In this document: piece after piece, positions 27,629-38,498 of the stretch
Layout: the number at the start of each line of letters is the position of its first letter
Numbering within the stretch: position 1 is the first letter of the stretch
IMG/VR virus record: IMGVR_UViG_3300021963_000022
Source of the DNA: a virus
Lineage: Duplodnaviria; Caudoviricetes
Strand: one strand, 5' to 3'
DNA length: 64,000 nt
Notes under the pieces: generated by a model
The model's database searches: none
What the model was told of the DNA's origin: nothing
What the model saw: only the letters and a program-made list of their open reading frames with translations
Made by a program: the position numbers and the translations under genes

Positions 27629-28500
27629 TTAAGTTGATGAATAACCTGCGGCTGCTAATTCAAATCTAGCAGTACCAACACCTGCAGTATCACCGGCTAC
27701 GACACCTGTATTACTTACTTTGTTGGTTATTGATGTTAGGCCAAGACCATATCCAAATATAGCTTTATCAGAGCCATAACCTGCGGCTGCTAAATTAGCC
27801 CTAGCAGTGCCTACACCGGTAGTATCAGTAGCTACAACTCCTGTGTTTGATACTTTGTTGGTTATTGATACATAAGCACCTGACGGTACTGTTACATGAC
27901 CATATCCAAATATAGCCTTGTCAGTACCATAACCTGCGGCTGCTAATCCACTTCTAGCAGTCCCTACACCTGAGGTATCAGTAGCAACTACACCGGTATT
28001 TGATACTAGGTTGGTTATTGAAGTGGACGGGCTGAACCCATATCCAAATATAGCTTTATCAGTACCATAACCTGCGGCTGCTAATAAAGTTCTTGCAGTA
28101 CCAACACCTGCGGTATCAGTTGCCACTACACCTGTGCTTGATACTAGATTGGTCATTGACACGTATTCGAAGGTTTCGCCATATCCAAAAATAGCTTTAT
28201 TACCACCATAACCTGCGGCTGCAAGACGATGCCTAGCAGTACCAACACCTGTTGTATTACTAGCAACCACGCCTGTATTTGATACTAGATTGGTTATTGA
28301 TTGATTCAAGGCAGAGTTATTACCACCATATCCAAATATAGCTTTATCACCACCATAACTTGCTGCCGCCAATCCATATCTACCAGTACCAACACCAGTA
28401 GTGTCTGTAGCAACTACACCGGTGTTTGATACTAGATTGGTCATTGAGACACCATCACCAGCAGACCCATATCCAAATATAGCTCTTTGAGTAGGAAGAG
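27629..28500 (-). repeat. About six ~46-47 aa repeats (AAAGYGxDKAIFGYG...TNxVSNTGVVATDTxGVGTAR)
   Basis: Visible in both protein and DNA. Confidence 0.85.
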
Positions 28501-31500
28501 AAGCCGTACTAGTATCATTAATCGTCACAGTACTACTTGTGGCAACTATGGTACCACTGGTACTATCGGTTCTTAATGACACTGTAAATGTTTCTGCTCC
28601 TTCTGTTGTTGCATCATCTGTTGTAGTTACAGTAAATGAACCGGCATTAGAGGTTATTGTAAATGAACCTGAACTGGCTGAAAAATCATTTGCCGCAGTT
28701 GAGATATTATTAATTGACCAGTAATATGTTCCATTAATAATATTTGTTCCACCAACATTAAATGTCAATGTACTTACCTCATTAACACTTGAAGATGCCG
28801 GTGTTATGGTGTAAGTAGGTGTCAAACTAATATCATTAATTGTCACCGGAATACTTGTGGCAACTATATCACCACTAACACTACCGATTCGTAACGACAC
28901 CGTAAATGTTTCTGCTCCTTCAGTTAATTGATCGGCTGTCGGTGTTACTGTAAATGAACCGGCATTAGATGTAATTGTAAAAGATCCAGAGCTTGTTTCA
29001 AAATCACCGACATTTGAATTTATTGTCCAGTAATATGTTCCATTGATAATACCTATTCCACCTGCATTAAATGTCAATGCTGAACCTTCATTAACACTTA
29101 AAGATAGCGGTGTTATAACATAAATAGGCGGGTCCGATGTAGTAAATGTTATTGAGCCTGAGCTTGTAAATGTATAATATCTATATCCGTCACGTTGTAT
29201 TGTTGATACTGTACCGGTCGTTACTGATGCCGGTGCATATGAGTCCAAGTATCGAAGGACAACAGCTCCGGCAGCTCCGTTGAAACCATCGTAAGGTGCA
29301 CCGCCAGAACGTCCGCCGCCTCCGCCGCCACCGCTATTAGGAGACCCTGAACATCCTAATATAGTACCAGTATTGATATGAAAAATAGTAGCTTGACCAC
29401 CTCCGCCAATTCCACCGAGACCTGTTCCAGTACTAGTATTAGATTGTGCTCCACCACCGCCACCGCCGTAATATTTACCATCAAAGGCCTGCAATCCTGG
29501 ACCACCGTTGCCGGTGCCATCAAGAGGAGTGCCAGTACTATCCGATCCTGCCCCGCCCGCTCCACCACCGCCTCCGGTATCAACAGTCTGACCGGTGCCG
29601 CCATCATATCCTTGACCAATAGTGCCGGCACCGCCAGCTGCATAACCACTAACAGACGAGCCGCCACCGCCTGAACCACCTGCGCTTCCACTTTGGATAC
29701 TACCACCTCCACCTCCCCCTATAGCAGTAATAGATCCAAATACAGAATTGGATCCATTATTGCCAGGTTGAGTTGAATCTACTGACCCAGTACCACCTTC
29801 ACCAACTATCACTGTAATAGGTACACCGGGTGTAATGCTATATCCTGTTCCCGTCAAGAAGCCACCACCACCACCGCCACCGCCACCGCCGTAGCCACCA
29901 CCACCACCGCCGGCTACAACTACATAATCAATTGTTGTTGGTATTGTAGTTGATGTAACGACAGAAACTGAATTACTAGGAACACTAGTGCCTATACTAT
30001 TAGTAGCAGTTACTGTAAATGTATAAGTTGTGTCAAGGGTCAAATCACTAAACACTGTGCTACCACCATCTATACAATTGACAGTATTAATAATCCCTAA
30101 CGGATATTGAACATTGCCGGGAAGACGAGTTATACTATATGTAGTGATCGGTGAATTTCCATTACTGATTGGAGCAAGAAAATCAACTGTAGCTGTAGTA
30201 GCATTAATTAATGTTGCACTTAATATGATAGGAGCAGAAGGAGCAGTAGTAGTTCCTGCTATCGCCCCTACTACATCCCTAGCTGGAGAAGCTGGTAATA
30301 CATTTACCCAATTAGTACCACTACCTATTTGAGTTGGACTACTACGAGGGATGATATTGCTTAATCCCAGTATACCACCAGAATTAGAGCCCCAACTCCA
30401 CAATGTGCCGTCAGATTTAACACCTACAACAGAAGAATATCCTGCATTTACAATAGACCAATTGGTGTCGCTACCTATCTGAGTTGGACTACTTCTTTCG
30501 ATAGAAATTGAATTCAATCCGGTTTGGCCATGCCTAGAATCCCCACATACCCACAACGTACCGTCTGTTTTTATTAAAAAATTAGTATCTGATCCAGTCG
30601 ACTGGGTTTTAGATATTCTAGCCCATGTAGTTAATGAGCCAACTTGTACTGGACTACTTCTAGAGATTGTAGTATTATCACCTAAGGTACCAAATGTATT
30701 ATCTCCCCAAGACCATAATGTACCGTTTGTTTTAATTGCCAATACATTCTGCGTATTACCACCTATACTGATCCAATCAGTATCAGCACCGACTTGAACT
30801 GGACTACTTCTAGCTATTGTATTGTTTGTACCCAACTGACCAGCAGAATTATCTCCCCATGCCCATAATGTTCCATTTGTTTTTAGTGCAAAAGTAGAAT
30901 ATGGACCACTAAACACACTAGACCAATTTGTGTCAGACCCTAATTGCACTGGGCTACTTTTGTTTGTACTATTTGAGTTGCTTATTCCGGATATAGATAT
31001 AGGCTCGCCCCATACCCATAATGTACCATCTGTTTTAACAGCAAGTGAAACTGCGTCCTGACTTACTGCTGTCGCAGAAACTACTCTCCAATTAGTCAAG
31101 CTGCCAACTTGTACTGGACTACTTCTAGTCACATTATCGTTAACACCTAATTGACCAACACCATTGGGACCCCATGCCCACAATGTACCATCTTTTTTCG
31201 TTGCTAACACATGTTTATATCCTACACTAATAGTAGACCAAGTACTAGCACTACCGACTTGAACTGGACTACTTCTAGCTATTATATTATTTGTACCCAT
31301 TTGTCCGTTTGCATTCAGTCCCCAAGTATACAATTCGGTAGTGGGTATATTAGTTGTAACACTATTACTTGCACTACTAGGTAAGCTTTCACCGACACTA
31401 TTTGTTGCAGTAACTGTAAATGTATAAGTTGATTGTGGATTTAATCCAACTACAGTAATTGGTCCGAGCACAGTTGAGTAAGCTTTGATATTATCCGGAG

Positions 31501-34471
31501 TACTTGTTACCGTATATTGTACGATATCACTCCCGTTATCAGATAATGGTCTAGTAAATGATACACTGACTGTACTTATACCTGTAACTGTTGCGACTAC
31601 ATTTGTAGGAGCTGATGGTTTAGCTGCGGTACCTTTAATAAGCATTGCGGTACCTCCTGTGAATTCAGAACTAGCTCTTAACCAGTTAGTGTCACTACCA
31701 ATTTGTACCGGACTACTTCTGCTAACTACATCACCGAGTCCTAATTGACCAACACCATTGGGACCCCATGACCATATTGTACCATCAGTCTTGATGGCTT
31801 TTGTTGTACGGCCGGCACTAACCACAGTCCAGCTACTTGTACCAAGTTGAGTCGGGCTACTACGATGCACTGTATCATTTAATCCCAATACTCCGAATGC
31901 ATTCTCCCCCCATGTCCATAATGAACCATTATTTTTAATAGCGGCTGCATTGTATCTTCCTCTTGATATTTTTACCCACGTAGTTTCTGAACCTATTTGC
32001 ACAGGACTACTGCGAGTTACTACATCGTTTAGTCCTAACTGTCCGTAACTATTAGAGCCCCATGCCCACAATGTGCCATCTATTTTTTTAGCAAAAACAC
32101 TACTACTAGCAACATCATCGCCACCTGTGCTAACATAATCCCAATTAGTATCAGTACCAATCTGGGTCGGACTTGATCGAGATACAGTAGAGATCAAACC
32201 TAAAGGCGGTCCGCCATAGCCTGTAACCCATAGTGTACCATTTGTTTTAACAATGTACATGTTAACAATACCTGCTCTTAAATTTCTCCAGTCAGTATTA
32301 CTACCAATTTGAGTTGGGCTACTACGATACACTTGATCGTTTAGTCCTAACTGTCCCCATGCATTGCTACCCCAGGTCCATAAACTACCATCTTTCTTGA
32401 TTGCCGCGGCGTAGATGCCGGCCGACACAGTAATAGCTTCCCAATCAGAACCATTTCCTATTTGCACAGGGGCACTACGGTATATCGTATCACCCAAACC
32501 CAGTTGACCTGAATCATTAGGACCCCAAGCCCATAATGTACCGTCAGTTAAAAGTCCTAATGACATAGCTTGTGTAGCATTTGGCCCGCCGCTTAATACA
32601 GTTTTCCAACTTCTAAGCTGACCGACTTGTACCGGACTAGACCTGTTGATAGTGGAGTTTATACCTAGTTGCCCTTCTTGATTAGCACCTACTGAATATA
32701 AATATAATTCAGGATTAGGAGTATCTACAGGTATAACACTATCACTTGCGCTACTTGGTGCACTAGTACCTATACTATTAGTTGCTGTTACTGTAAATGT
32801 ATAACTTGTGCCTGGTATTAAGTTATTAACAATAATACCGCCACCACCTGACTTGTTAGATAGTGTACCTGTATATCCACCCGGTGTGCTTGTTGCAGTA
32901 TATGTTACATAACTATATGTACCTGTAACAATTGGAGCCGCAAAGCTAACACGTACGCTAGTAGATGATACTGCTTCTACAGCTAATATAGTTGGTGCAC
33001 TTGGTGCAGTTTTACTACCATTAAGAGCCATGACATAATTTTCACCTGAACCAACACTATTAACCCAAGTTGTAGAACTACCCACTTGTACTGGACTACT
33101 ACGATATACTAAATCATTTTGTCCTAGTTCTCCTGTTTGATTTCCGCCCCAACTCCACAATGTGCCATCTGTTCTGTTTGCAATAGTAAATTGAGTAGAG
33201 GTAGTAGTTACTACTTTTCCGGCAGTAGTTATATTATTCCAGTTAGTATCTGTTCCTATTTGTACTGGACTACTTCTGTTAATAACAGTATTGTCACCCA
33301 CACTACCAAACTGATTATTACCCCAGCCCCATAGTGTACCATTAGTTTTTGTAGCAAATACACTAGTTTGTGTTGTAAAAAATCCACTAGACGATTTAAC
33401 AATCTTATACCAATTAGTTAGTCCTCCAATTTGTACTGGACTACTACGTAATATTACAGAATTAATACCTAACTCTCCGTTGCTGTTGTTACCCCAAGAC
33501 CAAAGTGTTCCGTTAGTACGAGTTGCCAATGCATTGTATGCCCCCCCACCTATATTAACCCAATCAGTATCATTTCCAACTTGTATAGGGCTATTGGCAC
33601 CAATTGGTGAATTTGTACCTAGTTGTCCATACGTATTATCACCCCATGCCCATAGAGAGTTATCTGTTTTTATGCCCAAACCAAAACTTTGAGTTTGAAA
33701 TATATCAACCCAATCAGTGTCTGATCCAATTAATACCGGACTAGATACTCCAAATAATAGTCCTATTGACGCTCCATTCAACGGTCCACTTCCAAATTGA
33801 CCCCATGACCAAAGAGTACCATCAGTTTTTATTGCAGTAGATGTATAGTAACCTACACCAACGTTATTCCATGTAGTTAATGCCCCAACTTGAATAGGGG
33901 AACTTACATAACTTACACCACTACCTAATCCAAATCCGCCATTATCAGCACGTCCACCCACAGCCCATAAAGTGCCATTATTTTTTGTTGCTAATGTATA
34001 TCTGTATCCTACAGCTAGCGTACTCCAATCTCCAGTTGATCCTATTTGTGTAGGACTACTTCTAGGTACGGTATCACTTAACGCTAATTGATAATATTGA
34101 TTTGTACCCCATGAATAAGGATTTATAGCAGGAGCACTTGTTGTAATGCTATTACTTGCACTACTTAAAGAACCACTACCTATACTGTTTGTTGCATATA
34201 CAGTAAATGTATAACTTGTGCTTGGTACTAATCCGTTTACTGTGATAGTACCAGAATCACTTTGTACTAATGTACCTGTGATATTGCCCGGTGTACTTAT
34301 TGCTGTATAGCTAATGATAGTACTATTACCGTTACTTGCAGGGGCAGTAAATGCTACCGTAGCACTATTTGCACCTGTTGCAGTTGCTGTACCTATAGTA
34401 GGTGCATCTGGCACATTAGTAGTAGGTAATGCGTTAAATCCGCCTGTAATCGTTATTCCGGTAAAATCCAT
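27629..34471 (-). CDS. 2280 aa FN3/RCC1-repeat virion-surface or adhesin-like protein
   Basis: Four FN3-like domains (YTFTVTATNSIG), three blocks of RCC1 repeats (DGTLW.WG.N..GQLG...SSPVQ), Gly-rich segment, two EGAETFTVSL domains, C-terminal repeats. Confidence 0.85.
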   Translation of the reverse strand: MDFTGITITGGFNALPTTNVPDAPTIGTATATGANSATVAFTAPASNGNSTIISYTAISTPGNITGTLVQSDSGTITVNGLVPSTSYTFTVYATNSIGSGSLSSASNSITTSAPAINPYSWGTNQYYQLALSDTVPRSSPTQIGSTGDWSTLAVGYRYTLATKNNGTLWAVGGRADNGGFGLGSGVSYVSSPIQVGALTTWNNVGVGYYTSTAIKTDGTLWSWGQFGSGPLNGASIGLLFGVSSPVLIGSDTDWVDIFQTQSFGLGIKTDNSLWAWGDNTYGQLGTNSPIGANSPIQVGNDTDWVNIGGGAYNALATRTNGTLWSWGNNSNGELGINSVILRSSPVQIGGLTNWYKIVKSSSGFFTTQTSVFATKTNGTLWGWGNNQFGSVGDNTVINRSSPVQIGTDTNWNNITTAGKVVTTTSTQFTIANRTDGTLWSWGGNQTGELGQNDLVYRSSPVQVGSSTTWVNSVGSGENYVMALNGSKTAPSAPTILAVEAVSSTSVRVSFAAPIVTGTYSYVTYTATSTPGGYTGTLSNKSGGGGIIVNNLIPGTSYTFTVTATNSIGTSAPSSASDSVIPVDTPNPELYLYSVGANQEGQLGINSTINRSSPVQVGQLRSWKTVLSGGPNATQAMSLGLLTDGTLWAWGPNDSGQLGLGDTIYRSAPVQIGNGSDWEAITVSAGIYAAAIKKDGSLWTWGSNAWGQLGLNDQVYRSSPTQIGSNTDWRNLRAGIVNMYIVKTNGTLWVTGYGGPPLGLISTVSRSSPTQIGTDTNWDYVSTGGDDVASSSVFAKKIDGTLWAWGSNSYGQLGLNDVVTRSSPVQIGSETTWVKISRGRYNAAAIKNNGSLWTWGENAFGVLGLNDTVHRSSPTQLGTSSWTVVSAGRTTKAIKTDGTIWSWGPNGVGQLGLGDVVSRSSPVQIGSDTNWLRASSEFTGGTAMLIKGTAAKPSAPTNVVATVTGISTVSVSFTRPLSDNGSDIVQYTVTSTPDNIKAYSTVLGPITVVGLNPQSTYTFTVTATNSVGESLPSSASNSVTTNIPTTELYTWGLNANGQMGTNNIIARSSPVQVGSASTWSTISVGYKHVLATKKDGTLWAWGPNGVGQLGVNDNVTRSSPVQVGSLTNWRVVSATAVSQDAVSLAVKTDGTLWVWGEPISISGISNSNSTNKSSPVQLGSDTNWSSVFSGPYSTFALKTNGTLWAWGDNSAGQLGTNNTIARSSPVQVGADTDWISIGGNTQNVLAIKTNGTLWSWGDNTFGTLGDNTTISRSSPVQVGSLTTWARISKTQSTGSDTNFLIKTDGTLWVCGDSRHGQTGLNSISIERSSPTQIGSDTNWSIVNAGYSSVVGVKSDGTLWSWGSNSGGILGLSNIIPRSSPTQIGSGTNWVNVLPASPARDVVGAIAGTTTAPSAPIILSATLINATTATVDFLAPISNGNSPITTYSITRLPGNVQYPLGIINTVNCIDGGSTVFSDLTLDTTYTFTVTATNSIGTSVPSNSVSVVTSTTIPTTIDYVVVAGGGGGGYGGGGGGGGGGFLTGTGYSITPGVPITVIVGEGGTGSVDSTQPGNNGSNSVFGSITAIGGGGGGSIQSGSAGGSGGGGSSVSGYAAGGAGTIGQGYDGGTGQTVDTGGGGGAGGAGSDSTGTPLDGTGNGGPGLQAFDGKYYGGGGGGAQSNTSTGTGLGGIGGGGQATIFHINTGTILGCSGSPNSGGGGGGGRSGGAPYDGFNGAAGAVVLRYLDSYAPASVTTGTVSTIQRDGYRYYTFTSSGSITFTTSDPPIYVITPLSLSVNEGSALTFNAGGIGIINGTYYWTINSNVGDFETSSGSFTITSNAGSFTVTPTADQLTEGAETFTVSLRIGSVSGDIVATSIPVTINDISLTPTYTITPASSSVNEVSTLTFNVGGTNIINGTYYWSINNISTAANDFSASSGSFTITSNAGSFTVTTTDDATTEGAETFTVSLRTDSTSGTIVATSSTVTINDTSTASLPTQRAIFGYGSAGDGVSMTNLVSNTGVVATDTTGVGTGRYGLAAASYGGDKAIFGYGGNNSALNQSITNLVSNTGVVASNTTGVGTARHRLAAAGYGGNKAIFGYGETFEYVSMTNLVSSTGVVATDTAGVGTARTLLAAAGYGTDKAIFGYGFSPSTSITNLVSNTGVVATDTSGVGTARSGLAAAGYGTDKAIFGYGHVTVPSGAYVSITNKVSNTGVVATDTTGVGTARANLAAAGYGSDKAIFGYGLGLTSITNKVSNTGVVAGDTAGVGTARFELAAAGYSST

Positions 34472-34587
34472 ATGTGTTTATTCTATTAAAGAGTATTTAT
34501 CTCACTTAGGATTATATATTTGTATAGTAATCTTAGTTTAGCCTCATTATCTTGTATTTAGTTTAAGAAATAACGAGAGTTGAAATA

Positions 34588-35076
34588 TTATCTAAAAACA
34601 ATAGTTACTGTTGCTAACATCACAGGCACACCCATAGCCATACAACTTAGACCTATCAATACACGGTCAATCATATCAGCATGTGCCTTAGCAATTGTTT
34701 CTTTGCGTTTTTTCTCGGCTGCGGCACGTTCTTTATACATACGGACACGTTCAGCCATCATTTCATCCCATACATCTTTATTGCCAGACCATATTAATAA
34801 GTCTTTCAAATCTTTCTCTGCTTCTCTAAGTGCTTTACTATGCATAGCAATCTGCAAAGCGTGTGCTCGTATCTGACCATCAGTTAACATTGAATTATCA
34901 ATTTTTTCTTTTAAATCTGTACTAGCAGAATGCACTGTATCACAGTTTATAAAAAAACTACTAAATTGTTTATAAAGACTATTAACATCTTTACCCAAAG
35001 CTACAGCTTGTTTAATGTAGCCTACTGTTTTCTGTGCAGTTGCAAAAGCAATACCAATTGTGATAGGGTCAAGCAT
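34588..35076 (-). CDS. Hypothetical protein with C-terminal TM
   Basis: MLDPITIG... coiled coil plus TM. Confidence 0.75.
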   Translation of the reverse strand: MLDPITIGIAFATAQKTVGYIKQAVALGKDVNSLYKQFSSFFINCDTVHSASTDLKEKIDNSMLTDGQIRAHALQIAMHSKALREAEKDLKDLLIWSGNKDVWDEMMAERVRMYKERAAAEKKRKETIAKAHADMIDRVLIGLSCMAMGVPVMLATVTIVFR

Positions 35077-35230
35077 TTTTCTTAGGCTCCTTATTTTTTG
35101 GAGGAGGTTTATCCCATTCTAAACACACAACTCTACGGTTGTATACATCGCCAGTCCAAGTCCATCTTATACAACGAGGCTCTTTGGCTAGCATTCCTAC
35201 TAGCATCATTGAAGCAATAGCATTAACCAT
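35069..35230 (-). CDS. 53 aa small protein
   Basis: MVNAIASMMLVGMLAKEPRCIRWTWTGDVYNRRVVCLEW...; coupled at both ends. Confidence 0.55.
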   Translation of the reverse strand: MVNAIASMMLVGMLAKEPRCIRWTWTGDVYNRRVVCLEWDKPPPKNKEPKKNA

Positions 35231-35231
35231 G

Positions 35232-36350
35232 TTATTGGCCCTGTGTTACTGTGATTTTAGCGCACCCACCTACTGTCGCACAGTTGAAATTGATTGAATA
35301 GAAGTTCTGAGTAGAACCACTCTGACTTAAACTTAAATCTGTAGTAGTACCTGATAATGTAACTTTAGCCATGTGACTAGCACTACCTTGTTGAAGTATG
35401 TCTACGTTTTTGCTTCCACCAAATAGACTAACATCAGCATAATGACTTCCGCTATCTTTCTGTTGAATTAACAATGTGTTATTATTGTTATTCACTGTAG
35501 CAAATATACCTTTGCCTCCACCGGTGCTTTGTTGTTGTAAATTTACATTGTTACTATTGCCAACGACTGAAGCATCTATATAATTTGCTTGTGTATTACT
35601 ATTACCTGATTGAGTAATTGTAATAGTATTACTACTACCATTACTGTAATATTTTGTATAGTTGTTTTTTGTACCTGTTTGATTGACAGTAATTGTATTT
35701 TGATTACCAAGTTGTTCTATATAAACCTGACTGTCTTGTGTTGTACGATTAATAAATGCTTGAACTTTTGCAGTATTATTAGGATCAGCACTAAATGCAG
35801 TAGAACTACCACCGCAACATAGACTCGGTGCAGCCGGTGCGGCTGTTTGTCCTGCGGCTAAAGGTTCAGTAGAATATGTTGCATTAGCATATGCATCTGC
35901 TTGTGCTATAGTAGGGTTCAATGTTCCAGTCCAAGATACACCACTAGTATTTGCCATTCCAGAACTACCACTAAACAATTGACCTGTATTGTTATCACTA
36001 CCTACAAAGAAAAAATAGTCAGGTCCCATGTTAACAATCTTACCGCTACCTAATGTAGCTTTTAGACTCCCTGCACTATTATATTGTTTTGCTGTATAGG
36101 GAAATGATGCATTGCCACTTAATTCAAACTTAACATAATCACCAGTAGCCCATTGCACTTGTCCACTAGTCCATGGTATCTTGTATGCGACACCGGGTTG
36201 TTTACTATATATTTGACAGGTAGTTGTATATAAACAAGCACTTACATTCCATTGACTATCAGCGATTTGGTATCTGCCAAATTTAACATCTGTTAAACTA
36301 GCAAAAGCATTACTACACAAAAATAATAGTAATAAGAATATCTTTTTCAT
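35232..36350 (-). CDS. Secreted protein with C-terminal curlin-like repeats
   Basis: Signal peptide; VYIEQLGNQNTITVNQTG-type Q/G/N repeats. Confidence 0.75.
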   Translation of the reverse strand: MKKIFLLLLFLCSNAFASLTDVKFGRYQIADSQWNVSACLYTTTCQIYSKQPGVAYKIPWTSGQVQWATGDYVKFELSGNASFPYTAKQYNSAGSLKATLGSGKIVNMGPDYFFFVGSDNNTGQLFSGSSGMANTSGVSWTGTLNPTIAQADAYANATYSTEPLAAGQTAAPAAPSLCCGGSSTAFSADPNNTAKVQAFINRTTQDSQVYIEQLGNQNTITVNQTGTKNNYTKYYSNGSSNTITITQSGNSNTQANYIDASVVGNSNNVNLQQQSTGGGKGIFATVNNNNNTLLIQQKDSGSHYADVSLFGGSKNVDILQQGSASHMAKVTLSGTTTDLSLSQSGSTQNFYSINFNCATVGGCAKITVTQGQ

Positions 36351-36520
36351 TTGTTGTTTTTAACAAACCAATAATGTTTCTGTAACTCTCTAAGTACTTC
36401 GCTTTCCGGCTGCTTGAACTGTCTTGCCGCCATTTCAACAAAGTCTAACCATCTAAAATCATATTGTTCATTACCCTGGCACCATTGCTGATACATTAAT
36501 TGTAATTCTCTTCCCGTCAT
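36347..36520 (-). CDS. 57 aa small protein
   Basis: MTGRELQLMYQQWCQG...; ATGA-coupled at both ends. Confidence 0.6.
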   Translation of the reverse strand: MTGRELQLMYQQWCQGNEQYDFRWLDFVEMAARQFKQPESEVLRELQKHYWFVKNNK

Positions 36521-37611
36521 CTTTTTCTTATTCCTGAATTCTGTTTGATAAAGACCATATTACCTCCCGGTGATCCATCACCAATAAGTTCCGATGCTAA
36601 TGTATCGTTATGAATAATAGTAACTAATGTGTTTGAACTGTATCCCAGTGTTTTTACTTCAGCATAATGTTCATTCTCTGTATTACGATATGCCACACCC
36701 TTACCCCTACTTTGTATCTCTGATTCATTTTTTTCCCAGATGACGCAGACATTTGTAGCAGAATTACAATTCTTGTTTACAAACCCAGTAGTAAGATTTA
36801 ATATCCTTGCTTGTGTCTCATCACTATCTTTTTGTATAGCTTCATTTAACTTACGTGCTTGCTCTTGTTCTTCTTGTTCTTGTTCCATTTCTTTTTTGCT
36901 CTTACCATTTTGATTGTTAATAGCTTTAATAATTTCCAATGGCTTTGCAATAATCAAGTTGTTTGATATTTTTCTCTCAGTTATATTCATTACAACTGGT
37001 ATAGTAGGTGCTATATTATTACTTGTAACAAATGTACCATGAAATGCTTGATCCAATACAACTTTGCCAACCAATGTCTCTACTTCAATACTACCTACAC
37101 GGCATTTGTTTTCTTCTAATTCGTAATCTTTCACTTTTTCATCTTCTTTACAGCTAGGAACTAATACGATTAAGCTCTGTCCTGCTTCATCTACTGTCAT
37201 AGTGAAGTCAGTACCACGTACTGCAATACTTGCTGTTGGAGTTTTGATTGCTACTTGTTGACTATTTGTTTTAGCAATTTGTCCTGATGCATAGCGTACT
37301 GTACCCATACCAACTTTAAGTGCTAGTTTTCCTGCATCACTTTTATTGGGGTCAAACACAAAATCGTCTATAAGTAAACGACTATTCTCGGTTACTTTGA
37401 CTTTAGTATCATCTTTGAAAATTAATTGTACTGTGCCGTTTTTAGTAGAATAGATATCATTACTTTCGATACCAACACCTTTATTGCCTACAACTTTGTT
37501 TTTTCCACGAGTAATTTCACCAGGAGCACCTGTAAATTCCGATACGTTACCTATGTTAGCATTTGCTGTTATACATAATAGCAAAGACAACAATATGAAT
37601 AACTTACGCAT
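36517..37611 (-). CDS. FecR-domain secreted protein
   Basis: Signal peptide; F.DDT.V.V.ENSRL, GTVRY, IKTPTASIAVRGTDF. Confidence 0.85.
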   Translation of the reverse strand: MRKLFILLSLLLCITANANIGNVSEFTGAPGEITRGKNKVVGNKGVGIESNDIYSTKNGTVQLIFKDDTKVKVTENSRLLIDDFVFDPNKSDAGKLALKVGMGTVRYASGQIAKTNSQQVAIKTPTASIAVRGTDFTMTVDEAGQSLIVLVPSCKEDEKVKDYELEENKCRVGSIEVETLVGKVVLDQAFHGTFVTSNNIAPTIPVVMNITERKISNNLIIAKPLEIIKAINNQNGKSKKEMEQEQEEQEQARKLNEAIQKDSDETQARILNLTTGFVNKNCNSATNVCVIWEKNESEIQSRGKGVAYRNTENEHYAEVKTLGYSSNTLVTIIHNDTLASELIGDGSPGGNMVFIKQNSGIRKR

Positions 37612-37613
37612 TA

Positions 37614-38411
37614 TTATCTCGGTACTGCTGTTCTTGGTGTTGATATTGTACTTGCGCTACTAGTTCTCACAGTAATAGTATTGTGATCACCCGTAGTTTT
37701 AATGTCAACAGTTGTATCATTTGTACCTTGTTGTTGAGTAATAATACTATTGTAGTTACCTGCAATAACTTGTTTCAAGTTATGGCCATTTGCACCACTA
37801 GCATCAAATTGTTCAATGTCAAGTTTGTTATTACTACCGGTGATACTGATATCACTTATACCAAAACTACTTTTTAAATCTTTAGTAATTTCATTAGTGC
37901 TACCTGTAATTAATAATGTGCTTTGAATATCACTACCAATTAAGTTTTGAATAACAGTATTATCGTTACCAGTAATTGTTTCAGTAATGATGTTACGTAA
38001 ATTACTTGCATTTTGTACATCACCAACTGTTAGTTTGGTCTTATTGTTGTTTCCAGTAACTGTACTAGTGTAGTCGTTGTTATTACCTTTAATGTTATAT
38101 TGACCTAAATTGTTGTCACCTTTTTGAATCATAGTAATAGTGTTGCTATTACCACTAATAGTGGCATAGTTAGTATTACTAGGTGTGGCATTATCTACCC
38201 CACCGATGTTGTTAGTTCCACCTGTTTGTTCAAGTGTGACTGTGTTGGTATTACCAACTTGTTCAATATAAACTTTATTAGGGCCTGTAGCGGCAGTTTG
38301 TACCTGCGCCATACTAGTTCCTGTTAGCAATGATAATGCTAATGCTGAAAGCACCGTCTTATAGTTTTTATAATGCTTCATTAAAATACAGTAATCAGTT
38401 GTCCTGATCAC
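37614..38411 (-). CDS. Curlin-repeat (CsgA/B-like) secreted protein
   Basis: Signal peptide; ~23 aa repeats xxQxGxxNxxxxxQxG; start may be 38381. Confidence 0.8.
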   Translation of the reverse strand: MIRTTDYCILMKHYKNYKTVLSALALSLLTGTSMAQVQTAATGPNKVYIEQVGNTNTVTLEQTGGTNNIGGVDNATPSNTNYATISGNSNTITMIQKGDNNLGQYNIKGNNNDYTSTVTGNNNKTKLTVGDVQNASNLRNIITETITGNDNTVIQNLIGSDIQSTLLITGSTNEITKDLKSSFGISDISITGSNNKLDIEQFDASGANGHNLKQVIAGNYNSIITQQQGTNDTTVDIKTTGDHNTITVRTSSASTISTPRTAVPR

Positions 38412-38498
38412 GCTCCTTGGGTTTTACCCTTATTTTTATTACCTACTTCTTTTTAGATATTTGATAGACTGTAGGCTTTTTGGTCTACCAAACATTGT

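Noticed and set aside
27629-28500. C-terminal repeats as a DGR template/variable pair
   Set aside because: All copies are in-frame coding, differences are not visibly adenine-specific, and no reverse transcriptase is in the window.
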